Below are positions 29,316 to 39,185 of a stretch of DNA of 64,000 nucleotides, in pieces. Below the pieces are notes generated by a model. It did no database searches. It saw only the letters and a program-made list of their open reading frames with translations, and was not told the DNA's origin. The position numbers and the translations under genes are program-made. The stretch is from an uncultured Micavibrio sp. (GTDB taxonomy: Bacteria; Pseudomonadota; Alphaproteobacteria; Micavibrionales; UBA1664): assembly GCA_964531715.1 (NCBI GenBank), contig CAZHEE010000008.1, positions 1,963 through 65,962 of the forward strand, given 5' to 3'. Each line of letters starts with the position of its first letter. Position 1 is the first letter of the stretch.

Positions 29316-29621
29316 ATGCACAACTCACTCATCACACAATTTCAAGACAAGCTGAAATACGCGCCGCAATTTAAAGAAACGGTGAAGTTCGTTATTAAAG
29401 ATCATGATGAGGATGTCATTGTCGTTGATTGTTCAGAGCGGCCTGCCCTTGTCTCACATGATGACAGTGAGGCGGATGTCACACTGATTGCCGATTTGAA
29501 AACATTCGAAAACATCATGAATGGGACACAAGACCCGAATATGGCCTTTATGATGCGAAAGCTTAAAATCAAAGGCTCCATGGGTTTGGCCATGAAGCTG
29601 AATGCCGTTTTGGAAGATTAA
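29316..29621 (+). CDS. SCP2 sterol-binding domain protein
   Basis: The 101-aa product carries the C-terminal motif MRKLKIKGSMGLAMKL typical of the SCP-2 fold. Confidence 0.8.
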   Translation: MHNSLITQFQDKLKYAPQFKETVKFVIKDHDEDVIVVDCSERPALVSHDDSEADVTLIADLKTFENIMNGTQDPNMAFMMRKLKIKGSMGLAMKLNAVLED

Positions 29622-29624
29622 ACC

Positions 29625-31616
29625 CTAAGCATCTGTGCCTTGACGGAGCATATAGCCGAGCAAATCATCCGTCGGGCGACCTGTCACGGGCAGGTTCTCG
29701 CGTTCCTGATACTCACGGATGGCCTCAACGGTTCCTGCACCGACTATTCCGTCCTGAGGTCCATTATAAAGCCTGCTTTTACGCAATTGTTCCTGTATTT
29801 GGGCAATCATAATTTGCTCCCCATTCGGAATAAGCGCACCAAGGGACACAAGGTTATCATCCTCGGTTCTTGCGCTTGCAACCGTTTCACGCTGTAGCGC
29901 ACTGCTCAAGCTTTCACCGTTTTCCAATAAACCTGCATCCGCTTCATTAAGGCCGAGCCTGTTTGTTAAAATACGAAAAGCCTCTGCGGCTTCAGCAGAG
30001 CCGTTTTCGCTCGCCGCGCGGTACCAGATGAGCGAATCCTCAATCCGCGTTTCGCCTAATAAGCCATTTTCAAGGATAAGGCCAAGATTATAGGCCGCCT
30101 CAACTATACCTGCAAAGGCCGCTTGCTTAAAAAAAGCCGCCGCCATGTTCGGGTTATACCGCGTACCAACCCCTTCAATATAGGCAATGCCCAGATTATA
30201 AAGAGCCTCTGGATGACCGTTTTGCGCGGCGCGGCGATACCAGTCGAGTGCGCGTTGCATGTCTGGATCACGCCCCAACCCTTGTTGGTTAAGCACGCCA
30301 AGATTATAGGCGGCATTGGCAATGCCCTGATCCGCAGCTTGTGTAAACCAGAATGCCGCACGTTCATAATTGGTTGAAACACCCGCCTGCCCTGCCGTAT
30401 AAAGTGCCGCCAAGTCATGTTGTGCCTCAGGCACGCCTTCAAAGGCTTTAACCTCCAAAGCCTGAATATCTTCAGGCAGGCTCAGATCTCTGTCCATAGT
30501 CACTTGCGCATCGGTGATGGTTTGGGTTGTATCCTCTGTTGTCATGATTGCTGATTCATCAATCATTTCTGTGGGCGATTGCTCTTCTTCCAGCATTTCG
30601 TTGAGAATATCTTCGGTAATCCAGTCCGTCACACTAAGCGCGATATCGCCCTCAATATCATCACCGATAAAAGCGGTCGGCGTTTTTTGTGCTGGCTCAA
30701 CCTTTTCCATCGGCGTTGCGGTTGCAGTAATTTGGTCGGTATTAAAAGTAAACGGCGTCATTTGTCCTGTAGAGAGGTCAAGCCGCGCCAAACGCCCGTC
30801 ATCCAACATAATAAAGGCTTGTTCGCTCGGTTTGAGGCTCATCGCCGCCATCCAGCCAAGCCCTAATGCTCCGGCAGTTAAAAGCAGAATAAGCGCGGTT
30901 GAGGCAAGCGCTTCACTACGCTTTCTTAGCTTATCATCCGTCATATATGCGCCATCTTTTGCAGGGGCATGAAGGTCATCAATCGGTTGCAACATGCCGC
31001 TTGCATCATAATGCGGCAGGGCGGCGCGGACAGCCTCGCTTTTATCGGTGAGGAGAACGAGCGCTTTGGCTTCTAACGCGCTTTGAGCCTCTGCAGCGAT
31101 ATTTTCAACCTTCTCAATACGGCGTTGCAGGCGGGCACGTTTCTGCTCTTGCGCGTCCAATTTCCGTTGTAATTTTGAGATTGTCGAGGTGCTGTCTTTT
31201 AACCGTGTTTCAAGGCTATCCTGCTTTTTTTCAAAAGATGATAATTTTTGGGTTGAATCTGTGATCGCCTTCCTGTCATCATCACTTAAATTGTTATCCG
31301 AGATTATCGCAGTTTCGCTTCTCGCCTCCATTTGGTCAAGGCGGCGGGCAAGGCTGATCTGACTGCGCTCAAGCTGATTTTCAAGCTTTTCCTGCGCGTC
31401 TAACGCTTCGTTAAGCAGTCGGCGCATGGTTTCACGCTCTGTTTCCGAACGCACTAGCTTTGCGCCGAGCGTATCCAAGGCCGATAAAATCTGGCTTTGA
31501 TGACTGTTATTATTCTGACTGCTCGTGCCTAGCTGCCTGATATTATGGGTGAGTTTCTTACTCTCCTCGGCGGCGCGTATGGCATCTTTATCAGTGATTT
31601 TAAAGCCTTTATTCAT
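29625..31616 (-). CDS. Bitopic protein with coiled-coil N-terminus, TM, Sel1 repeats and C-terminal peptidoglycan-binding domain (PodJ-like architecture)
   Basis: It has a coiled-coil N-terminal 200 aa and the TM ALILLLTAGALGLGWMAAM. At least four Sel1 repeats follow (AAYNLGVLNQQGLG..., ALYNLGIAYIEGVG...). The C-terminal part DGIVGAGTVEAIREYQERENLPVTG resembles PG_binding_1. Confidence 0.7.
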   Translation of the reverse strand: MNKGFKITDKDAIRAAEESKKLTHNIRQLGTSSQNNNSHQSQILSALDTLGAKLVRSETERETMRRLLNEALDAQEKLENQLERSQISLARRLDQMEARSETAIISDNNLSDDDRKAITDSTQKLSSFEKKQDSLETRLKDSTSTISKLQRKLDAQEQKRARLQRRIEKVENIAAEAQSALEAKALVLLTDKSEAVRAALPHYDASGMLQPIDDLHAPAKDGAYMTDDKLRKRSEALASTALILLLTAGALGLGWMAAMSLKPSEQAFIMLDDGRLARLDLSTGQMTPFTFNTDQITATATPMEKVEPAQKTPTAFIGDDIEGDIALSVTDWITEDILNEMLEEEQSPTEMIDESAIMTTEDTTQTITDAQVTMDRDLSLPEDIQALEVKAFEGVPEAQHDLAALYTAGQAGVSTNYERAAFWFTQAADQGIANAAYNLGVLNQQGLGRDPDMQRALDWYRRAAQNGHPEALYNLGIAYIEGVGTRYNPNMAAAFFKQAAFAGIVEAAYNLGLILENGLLGETRIEDSLIWYRAASENGSAEAAEAFRILTNRLGLNEADAGLLENGESLSSALQRETVASARTEDDNLVSLGALIPNGEQIMIAQIQEQLRKSRLYNGPQDGIVGAGTVEAIREYQERENLPVTGRPTDDLLGYMLRQGTDA

Positions 31617-31752
31617 ATTTCAAACCCTTCATAATCGAGGCGGCGAACCTGATTATAATATGTGAATCCTAATCCCGAATGAACCATAGCAAATATATTA
31701 GCATAATTGCCAGCGATTCTTTTACTAAGGTATCAAGCTGTGGATAAAATGC

Positions 31753-33186
31753 TTATCGTCCACCACCAAGGGCGCGGTAAAGATTGATTTTTGCCGCTGT
31801 ATTTTGTGCTAGTTGAGAAATATAATTTTGCCGGGCGGCGTAAAGTTCACGCTCTGCATCCAATACAGTAAGGTAATTTTCAATTCCACTATCAAAGCGG
31901 AGCTGGCTAATCTCTGTTGCCTGCTGTGTTGCATCTATCAATGCGGTTTGGGCCTTGATACGGTCATCGAAGGTCGAAACGGCGGCAAGTGAATCTGACA
32001 CCTCACGAAACGCCGTTTCAATCGCTTGTTCATAGGCGACTATCGCCTTTTCCTTGCGGATTTCCGCAACATTCAATGTGTTTCTCAACCGTCCGCCGGT
32101 GAATAGCGGAATGGTGACCTGAGGCGAAAATTGCCAGAAGCCCGCCCGTGATTCAAACAAGCCTGATAATTCATCAGAACGATAACCTGCCGACCCTGTC
32201 AAGGAAATGGAGGGGAAGAAAGCCGCCCGCGCCGCGCCGATATTAGCGTTGGCTGACTTTAACTGATATTCTGCGGCAATAATATCAGGGCGATTAATCA
32301 GTAAATCAGATGGCAGGCCGACAGGAACGCTACTGACTAAGCTATCAAACTTCTCTAAATCCGAAAGATCATCTGCATCAGGCAGATAAGCAAGCGAAAG
32401 ATTATCAGGCGAGCCGAGAAGTAAACGAAGCGCATTTTCGGCCTCGGTCGCGGCAAGGAGGAATCGATACTGATCCGCCTTTGCTTGTTGGAGTAATATT
32501 TCCGCCTGCCTTAACTGCAATGCATTGGATATACCTGCCGCAACCCGTTCATCTATAAGGTCGAAAGCTTCCTGTTGCGTCTCAACCGTTTGAATGGCTA
32601 GGGCAAGCTGGCTTTGGCTCGCCATGAAATTTACATAGCCATTGGCGATTTCCGCAATCAGGCTTGTTTTAACCGCTTGGCGGGCGGCCTCGGTTGCAAA
32701 ATAATTATTGAGTGCGGCACGGCTCAGGCTTTGAATACGTCCGAATAAATCAATTTCATAAGACGGGATACCAAGCCCGACAGCATAAATGTCCTCAGGC
32801 GCGCTTGTCAAATTATTTACGTCATCTGAACTATCTTGCCGCGTGTAAGAGCCATCCGCGCTTATTGACGGTAATAAATCGCTTCGCTCAATGCCGTAAA
32901 GTGCGCGAGCTTCGGTGATATTCAAGGTCGCGGTACGCAAATCACGATTATTCTCAAGCCCTATAGCGATAAGGCGTTTCAGCTCTTCATCCTGAAAGAA
33001 ATTCTGCCATGCAATATCGGACAGGGTTTCGTCCTCCTCACTATTCGCCATGAGGGGATTATAAGCCTCCCCCGCGGGAAAAAATTGAGGAACAGGCAGG
33101 CGAATATCCTCCAGCTTTGGAATCATGGTGCATCCGCTTAATAATGCGGCACTTAAGCCAGTAAGGGCTAGATGTTTAAGCCGCAT
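31753..33186 (-). CDS. RND efflux outer membrane factor lipoprotein (NodT/OprM family)
   Basis: Start MRLKHLALTGLSAALLSGCT gives a lipobox. The upstream extension to 33354 lies inside the pump gene and is rejected. Confidence 0.85.
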   Translation of the reverse strand: MRLKHLALTGLSAALLSGCTMIPKLEDIRLPVPQFFPAGEAYNPLMANSEEDETLSDIAWQNFFQDEELKRLIAIGLENNRDLRTATLNITEARALYGIERSDLLPSISADGSYTRQDSSDDVNNLTSAPEDIYAVGLGIPSYEIDLFGRIQSLSRAALNNYFATEAARQAVKTSLIAEIANGYVNFMASQSQLALAIQTVETQQEAFDLIDERVAAGISNALQLRQAEILLQQAKADQYRFLLAATEAENALRLLLGSPDNLSLAYLPDADDLSDLEKFDSLVSSVPVGLPSDLLINRPDIIAAEYQLKSANANIGAARAAFFPSISLTGSAGYRSDELSGLFESRAGFWQFSPQVTIPLFTGGRLRNTLNVAEIRKEKAIVAYEQAIETAFREVSDSLAAVSTFDDRIKAQTALIDATQQATEISQLRFDSGIENYLTVLDAERELYAARQNYISQLAQNTAAKINLYRALGGGR

Positions 33187-36100
33187 TGTTTTCTGCTTCC
33201 CTGTTACGGCGGCATTCATCCGCCTTGAAAAACCGCAACACCCAGATAAAGAAAAATGGCGCGAAGAATAAAACAAAGATTGTCGTTGCCGTAATCCCGC
33301 CAAGGACACCGATCGAAATTGCGTTTTGCGCCCCTGACCCCGGGCCACTGGCAAACGCCAATGGCATCACACCCAGAATAAAAGTGAGTGAGGTCATGAG
33401 GATCGGACGTAAGCGTTTCTTCGCGGCATAAACGGCGGCGTCATAGGCGCGTGCGCCTTCCTCAAATCGCGTTTTTGCAAATTCAATAATAAGGATGGCG
33501 TTCTTTGCCGCCAAGCCGATGGTCATAAGCAAGCCAACCTGAAAATACACATCATTGGCTTGATCAGTTGCCCATGTTGCCAAAGTTGCCCCAAAAATAC
33601 CTAACGGCACGGTCAGCATGATTGCAAGCGGTATCGCCCAGCTTTCATAAAGGGCGGCAAGCGCAAGGAATACGGCAATGATTGAAATTGTATAAAGAAT
33701 AAAGACTTGATCACCCGATTCTTGTTCTTCGTAAGACAAACCCGTCCATTCAACCTCAACACCTGCGGGCAGTTGTTCGGCAATATTGAGGACTTCCTGC
33801 AAGGCTTCACCTGAGCTGATACCTTCTGATGCTTCCCCTTGAATTTGAAGAGCCGGGTTGCCGTTAAAGCGGCTTAGCTTCGGTGCGCCATAACCCCATT
33901 CGCCTGAGACAAATTCGGTGAGGGAAATCATATCGCCATTGTCACTACGGACAAACCATTGGCTCATATCATCAGGCTGCATACGATATGGTGCATCTGC
34001 CTGTACATAAACGCGTTTAATGCGACCTTCCTGTAAAAAGTCATTCACATAAACACCGCCCCATGCGGCACCAAGCAGGCGATTAATATCTGTGTTCGTT
34101 ACGCCCAAGGCGCGTGCCTTTGCCAGATCAGTATCGAGATTATATTGCGGGCTGGGTGGCAGACCGCCATAACGCACGGATTGGAGCTTCGGATTTTGGT
34201 TTGCCATTTGAATAAATTGTTGCATTGCGCCGCCCAGCTCCTGCTGATTTAACCCACCGATATTGACTAACTGAAATTCAAATCCGCTTGCATTTCCAAG
34301 CGCGGTTACAGGCGGTGGCACGATTGGAATAATCATGGCGTCAGGAATCTGAATTTGCTGCCGTGCTTTATCCGCAATCGCAAAAACACTTTTCGCTTCG
34401 CCGCGTTCTTCCCATGGATTCATCTGGATAAAGGCAATCCCGACATTTTGTCCGTTCCCGACAAAACTGAAACCCGCAGCCGTGAATAACCCATCAACCG
34501 CACCATCCGTTTGATCGAGGTAAAAATTCTCAACCTGTTTGTTTTTCTCAATCGTTTGTTCAAGCGTCGTCCCCGGCTTCCCAAGGATAAGCGTGAACAT
34601 CCGCCCTTGATCTTCCGCAGGTAAGAAGGATGATGGAATCTTTGCAAATAAAATCACAATCGTTGCAATCATCGCAATAAATATAACAGGTAAAATAACC
34701 TTGTGCGCCAACGTCCATTTGAGGAGCCGAGAATGGCCAATTTTCAATTTTCTGAAACTGCGGTTAAAGACACCAAAAAAACCCGTTTTTTTCTCTTCCT
34801 TACCTTGTTTCAATATAATTGCCGCCATCGCAGGGGAAAGACTGAGCGCGACAAAGAGTGATATTGCCATTGCGATAGAAATCGTCACCGCAAACTGGCG
34901 ATAAATCACCCCTGTTGACCCGTCAAAAAACGCCATGGGAATGAAGACGGCCCACAAAACTGCCGTTGTCCCAACAAGTGCGCCTGAAATTTCTTTCATC
35001 GCCTTAAAGGCCGCCTCTTTCGGTGTGATAGTCTTATCTTCTTCAAGCTTGTTTTCAACATTCTCGGTGACAACAATCGCATCATCGACCAACATCCCGA
35101 TGGCAAGTACAAGCGCAAAGAGCGTCAAAACATTGATAGAATAGCCAAGGGCGAACATCGCCGCAAAGGTTCCGAGCAACACTACAGGAATTGCAACGGA
35201 TGGAATAATCGTTGCGCGGCTTGTCTGCAAAAACACATAAATAACGATGACAACCAGAATAATCGCAAAGAATAATGTCCGTACAACATCATTAATTGAT
35301 GTTTGAATGAATGGTGAAATATCAATCGGATAGACGATTTCAAGCGAATCAGGAATAATGTTTTCAAAGCTTTTTACTCGGTCTTTCACCGCCTGAATTG
35401 TGCGAAGCGCATTTGCGTCAGAGGATAGCTCAATCGCGATACCTGAGGCTGGCTTGCGATTCCATCGGCCTATAATACTGTAATTTTCCGCACCGATTTC
35501 AACACGTGCAACGTCTTTTAACAAAACTTGTGAGCCATTACTGTCAACAGTGAGAAGAATATTTTCAAAATCGTCTGTTGTCTCCATCAAGGATTGAGCG
35601 GTGATGGTGGCATTGATTTGTTGACCCTCAATGCTTGGTGCGCCGCCGATTTCACCGGAGGCTACCTGAACATTCTGCTCTTGTATTGCGCGAATGATAT
35701 CATCCGCGGTAATACCAAAATTACGCATATCATTCGGGTTCAACCAAATACGCATCGCATGCTCGGGCCCAAATGTATTAATGTCACCCACACCCTCTAC
35801 ACGGCTTAAAGGCTCCTCCAGATTAGAGGCAAGAAAATCTGAAATTTCATTGCGCCCCATTGAGCCATCACGTGAGTAGAACCCGACAATGAGAGCGTAA
35901 CTACTCCCTGATTTATTAATACGTATCCCTTGTTGTTGAACCGCGCTGGGCAGGGATGCCTCTGATTGCGCGACCTTATTTTGTACCTGCACTTGCGCGA
36001 TATCAGGGTCGGTACCGGGCTCAAAAGTGAGGGTAATGCTTGCCTGACCTGAAGACGACGAATCTGATTGAATATAGCGGAGATTATCAATCCCTGTCAG

Positions 36101-36307
36101 ATTCTGCTCAATAATTTGGGTAACAGTATTTTCAAGTGTTTGCGCAGAAGCCCCCGGATAGGTAGCGGAAACCGTGACTTGTGGTGCGGCGATATTGGGA
36201 TATTGCTCAATCGGCAGGCTGTTAATCGATAATGCACCTGCGCCCATAATAATAAAGGCAATCACCCATGCGAAAATCGGGCGTTCGATAAAAAATCCTG
36301 ATATCAT
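33176..36307 (-). CDS. RND multidrug efflux pump, inner membrane subunit (AcrB/MexB family)
   Basis: The 1043-aa product has 12 TM segments with two large periplasmic loops and sits between the adaptor and OMF genes. Confidence 0.95.
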   Translation of the reverse strand: MISGFFIERPIFAWVIAFIIMGAGALSINSLPIEQYPNIAAPQVTVSATYPGASAQTLENTVTQIIEQNLTGIDNLRYIQSDSSSSGQASITLTFEPGTDPDIAQVQVQNKVAQSEASLPSAVQQQGIRINKSGSSYALIVGFYSRDGSMGRNEISDFLASNLEEPLSRVEGVGDINTFGPEHAMRIWLNPNDMRNFGITADDIIRAIQEQNVQVASGEIGGAPSIEGQQINATITAQSLMETTDDFENILLTVDSNGSQVLLKDVARVEIGAENYSIIGRWNRKPASGIAIELSSDANALRTIQAVKDRVKSFENIIPDSLEIVYPIDISPFIQTSINDVVRTLFFAIILVVIVIYVFLQTSRATIIPSVAIPVVLLGTFAAMFALGYSINVLTLFALVLAIGMLVDDAIVVTENVENKLEEDKTITPKEAAFKAMKEISGALVGTTAVLWAVFIPMAFFDGSTGVIYRQFAVTISIAMAISLFVALSLSPAMAAIILKQGKEEKKTGFFGVFNRSFRKLKIGHSRLLKWTLAHKVILPVIFIAMIATIVILFAKIPSSFLPAEDQGRMFTLILGKPGTTLEQTIEKNKQVENFYLDQTDGAVDGLFTAAGFSFVGNGQNVGIAFIQMNPWEERGEAKSVFAIADKARQQIQIPDAMIIPIVPPPVTALGNASGFEFQLVNIGGLNQQELGGAMQQFIQMANQNPKLQSVRYGGLPPSPQYNLDTDLAKARALGVTNTDINRLLGAAWGGVYVNDFLQEGRIKRVYVQADAPYRMQPDDMSQWFVRSDNGDMISLTEFVSGEWGYGAPKLSRFNGNPALQIQGEASEGISSGEALQEVLNIAEQLPAGVEVEWTGLSYEEQESGDQVFILYTISIIAVFLALAALYESWAIPLAIMLTVPLGIFGATLATWATDQANDVYFQVGLLMTIGLAAKNAILIIEFAKTRFEEGARAYDAAVYAAKKRLRPILMTSLTFILGVMPLAFASGPGSGAQNAISIGVLGGITATTIFVLFFAPFFFIWVLRFFKADECRRNREAENNAA

Positions 36308-37575
36308 TCGCCTTGGCTTTCAGTTTGAGACGGTTTATTTCCTCGATTTTGTCTGCCATTCATTGACATAGGCTGAACTTTAGATCCTGGGGGCAGCATC
36401 ATCGCGCCTTGCACTATAATCTGCTCGCCCTCTTGTAAACCGCTATTAATAATCCAGTTATTTTTATAGCTTCCGCCTGTACTGACATTACGTTGCTCTG
36501 CAATATTATCTTTAGTCACAATCATCGCAGTCTTACTACCATCCGGTTGAATAGAAATTGCGGCTTGCGGTACAATAATCGATTTGGTATCGCCCGCATC
36601 GGCAATGGCGGCACGGACAAACATACCCGGCAAAAGATCATTATTCGGGTTTTCAATCACCGCGCGAAGACGAATTGTGCCTGTGCCCTCATCAACTGCA
36701 AGGTCGGTCGCATCCAGCCTGCCTTTTATCGGATAAGGCTCATCACCACGTTCAGGGAAAACGGTCACAATAAAATCATTATCATTGTCGCCCGCTTTTT
36801 GACTTTGGAGGAGGCGACTTTGCAAATTGCGTGCATCGGCGGAGGCTTGCGTCACATCAATATAAACAGGGTCAAGCTGGCGAATGGTCGCCATCGCCAT
36901 GGCCTGCCCGTTTGTAACCAATGCGCCTTCCGTGACTGCCGATGGTCCGATATAGCCCGATATCGGTGCCAAGACTTTTGTGTAGTCAAGGTCGATTTGC
37001 GTATTTTGAACTTCTGCCTCTGCCAAGGCCACTGCGGCACGCGCCTGAGATACAGCGGCTTGCGCATCGTCATATTCCTGATCGCTAATGGCGTTTGAGT
37101 CGGTCAGTTTTTTCAAACGATTGCGCAAATTCAGCGTGTTTCGCAATTCAGCCTCCGCCATATCCAGCGCGGCAACGAAGCGGTCATAATCCGCCTGATA
37201 ACGGGCGGGGTCAATTTGGTACAGCTGCTCGCCCTTTTCAACAAAGCTGCCTTCCTCAAACAAACGGGATTGGATAATGCCGGTCACTTGCGGGCGAATT
37301 TCGGCAATGGCAAAGGCACGCACGCGACCGGGTAAATCTTGTGTCATCGGAATGGTTTCGGATTGGACAGGCATCATCATGACAGGGCGTGGTGGCTGAT
37401 TCTGCCCCTGACTTTGACCGGGAGGACCACCGGCACCCAATGGCGGGCCGCCCTGAGGCGGGCCTTGCCGACCTTCGGCCTGTAGCTGACCCTGTTGCCC
37501 TTCCTGCCCGCCATCACCGCACGCCGACAAAGTTAAAAGTGAAAGGAGGAGCACCACGGGGAAAAAACGGGGCAT
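36304..37575 (-). CDS. RND efflux periplasmic adaptor (AcrA/MexA family)
   Basis: The lipobox LTLSACG and HlyD-like hairpin and barrel regions are present. It overlaps the pump gene by 4 nt and has a G/Q/P-rich linker after the lipobox. Confidence 0.9.
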   Translation of the reverse strand: MPRFFPVVLLLSLLTLSACGDGGQEGQQGQLQAEGRQGPPQGGPPLGAGGPPGQSQGQNQPPRPVMMMPVQSETIPMTQDLPGRVRAFAIAEIRPQVTGIIQSRLFEEGSFVEKGEQLYQIDPARYQADYDRFVAALDMAEAELRNTLNLRNRLKKLTDSNAISDQEYDDAQAAVSQARAAVALAEAEVQNTQIDLDYTKVLAPISGYIGPSAVTEGALVTNGQAMAMATIRQLDPVYIDVTQASADARNLQSRLLQSQKAGDNDNDFIVTVFPERGDEPYPIKGRLDATDLAVDEGTGTIRLRAVIENPNNDLLPGMFVRAAIADAGDTKSIIVPQAAISIQPDGSKTAMIVTKDNIAEQRNVSTGGSYKNNWIINSGLQEGEQIIVQGAMMLPPGSKVQPMSMNGRQNRGNKPSQTESQGE

Positions 37576-37692
37576 GGTAAGGGCTTTCTATAGACGAATA
37601 ATCACTGTTTAATTTCTAACATAAAACAATGACAATAAAAAGAAAGTGATAACGCGCAGGAAAGTTCAAATTAATCTGACGCTTAACAAATT

Positions 37693-38946
37693 TTACTGAA
37701 TGCTGCCGCGATTTGCAGCTCTTATTTGAGCATTTGTATCTTTGATACGAGGATAAACCTCAACAGCCATTGCCGTTCCGGTATTTAAAACATTGAATTG
37801 CATCATTTCCAAAAGCTTAAAAAGCAAGCGGTTTGTCAGTGCCGCATTGTAGGAAAGATTAACCGCCAAGCCATCCGTGTTATTAACAACTTGTTGTGTA
37901 ATGAACCCTTGCCCCATCATGCCCATTGTAATGGCATCAAGCTGCGCCATGATACTTGCCCTATTATCCGCAATCAAAGATGTCACTTGTTCAGGACTTA
38001 AATTAGCCTCTGTAAGCATTTCTTCTATAAACGGAACTGCCCCCCCCGGGGATGACAAAGGTGTTTTTTCACCTCTTATTTTTGCAAAAGCCGCCTGCCC
38101 AATACCTAAAATAGCCCTGTTTCTTTCACTGGTTACAAATAATTCTTGTATTGTTTGACCGGGGTTATTGGCAATCAAATCAGGCAATAAAGCTTCCTGA
38201 ACTTGAGCGTAGAGAAGATTTTGCAAATATTCAAGTTGGTCACTATCGTCAGGAGCTTGGGGCGTGCCAATACCGATGTTCGGTGAGAATAAAAGTGTTC
38301 CTATACTAAGATGCTCGCTATCTGTCGAAGTACAAGCTGTCAGAACACCCCCGTTGGATTCTTGTTGACAGAATCCCATGGCTTGCTCAAATAATTGACG
38401 CGCCATATCCGCAGAGCCATTTGCAGCAATTGTGTTTTCACCACCCGCCAGAACAAGCATCCGCCTTGAAAGTTCTGATCGGGCGGTTTCACGCGAAATT
38501 GTTTCCGCATCACCCATATTCCCACTAATCGTAATGTAGGGACAAGCAATCTCATCAACACCCATTTGTTTGGTTGTAAGTCCTGCTACTGTGCCTTGTG
38601 AAACACCTATTCGGGAATTTGTGGAATGAGCGTTTGTTGCGCCAGAATTTGCATTGAGTGTTATTCCCTGAATAACAGTTAATTGCTCAGATAATTTGGC
38701 TATAGCAAGTCTTAATTCATCACTAAGCATATTAAGACTACTACCAACTATTTGTCCTAAACCATTAATGCCTTTATGTGTGCCTTTATCAGCAACACTT
38801 ATGCCAGTGCCTGCTGCACCGGCATCGGGGCTTTCATCTATAGAACTGGGAGGTGAAGTCGCACTTGAAGTGTTTGCAAAAAGCTCTCTCTCAATAAAAA
38901 AAACGAGAACGGTTAAACTCATTAATACAAAAAGAAAACGTTGCAT
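37693..38946 (-). CDS. Secreted hypothetical protein, possibly T4BSS-associated (IcmX/TraW-like is only a guess)
   Basis: The 417-aa product has the signal peptide MQRFLFVLMSLTVLVFFIERELFA. It is divergent from the icmL-like gene across a 239-bp AT-rich region. No motif was recognised. Confidence 0.6.
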   Translation of the reverse strand: MQRFLFVLMSLTVLVFFIERELFANTSSATSPPSSIDESPDAGAAGTGISVADKGTHKGINGLGQIVGSSLNMLSDELRLAIAKLSEQLTVIQGITLNANSGATNAHSTNSRIGVSQGTVAGLTTKQMGVDEIACPYITISGNMGDAETISRETARSELSRRMLVLAGGENTIAANGSADMARQLFEQAMGFCQQESNGGVLTACTSTDSEHLSIGTLLFSPNIGIGTPQAPDDSDQLEYLQNLLYAQVQEALLPDLIANNPGQTIQELFVTSERNRAILGIGQAAFAKIRGEKTPLSSPGGAVPFIEEMLTEANLSPEQVTSLIADNRASIMAQLDAITMGMMGQGFITQQVVNNTDGLAVNLSYNAALTNRLLFKLLEMMQFNVLNTGTAMAVEVYPRIKDTNAQIRAANRGSIQ

Positions 38947-39185
38947 TGTTCCTCAAAACATCATCAGGCTTACGTTAATATCAAGCCATCGGGTTAAATA
39001 TTACTCTTAAAATTATCATAAAATTCTTAATAATTTGTTATATTTTACTCAATATTCTGAACGATAGCTATCATAATTTATTTAAATTCTTTTTTTGTTT
39101 TTGATTTCAAACATAAGTAAGTGTTTTCAAAAAGGTTGAAAGCCATTATCATAACTTCATAAATAAATAGAAAAAATAAAAATTT

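Noticed and set aside
30514-30972. 152-aa Ser/Ile-rich ORF antisense to the PodJ-like gene
   Set aside because: It is a low-complexity antisense frame of the acidic linker region.
33187-33354. N-terminal extension of the outer-membrane-factor ORF (track start 33354)
   Set aside because: The extension lies inside the 3' end of the RND pump gene and is Arg/Ser-rich. The internal Met at 33186 gives a proper lipoprotein signal peptide.
36493-37098. 201-aa ORF antisense to the RND adaptor gene
   Set aside because: It lies entirely within a well-supported CDS on the other strand. Its Arg/Cys-rich composition is typical of antisense frames.
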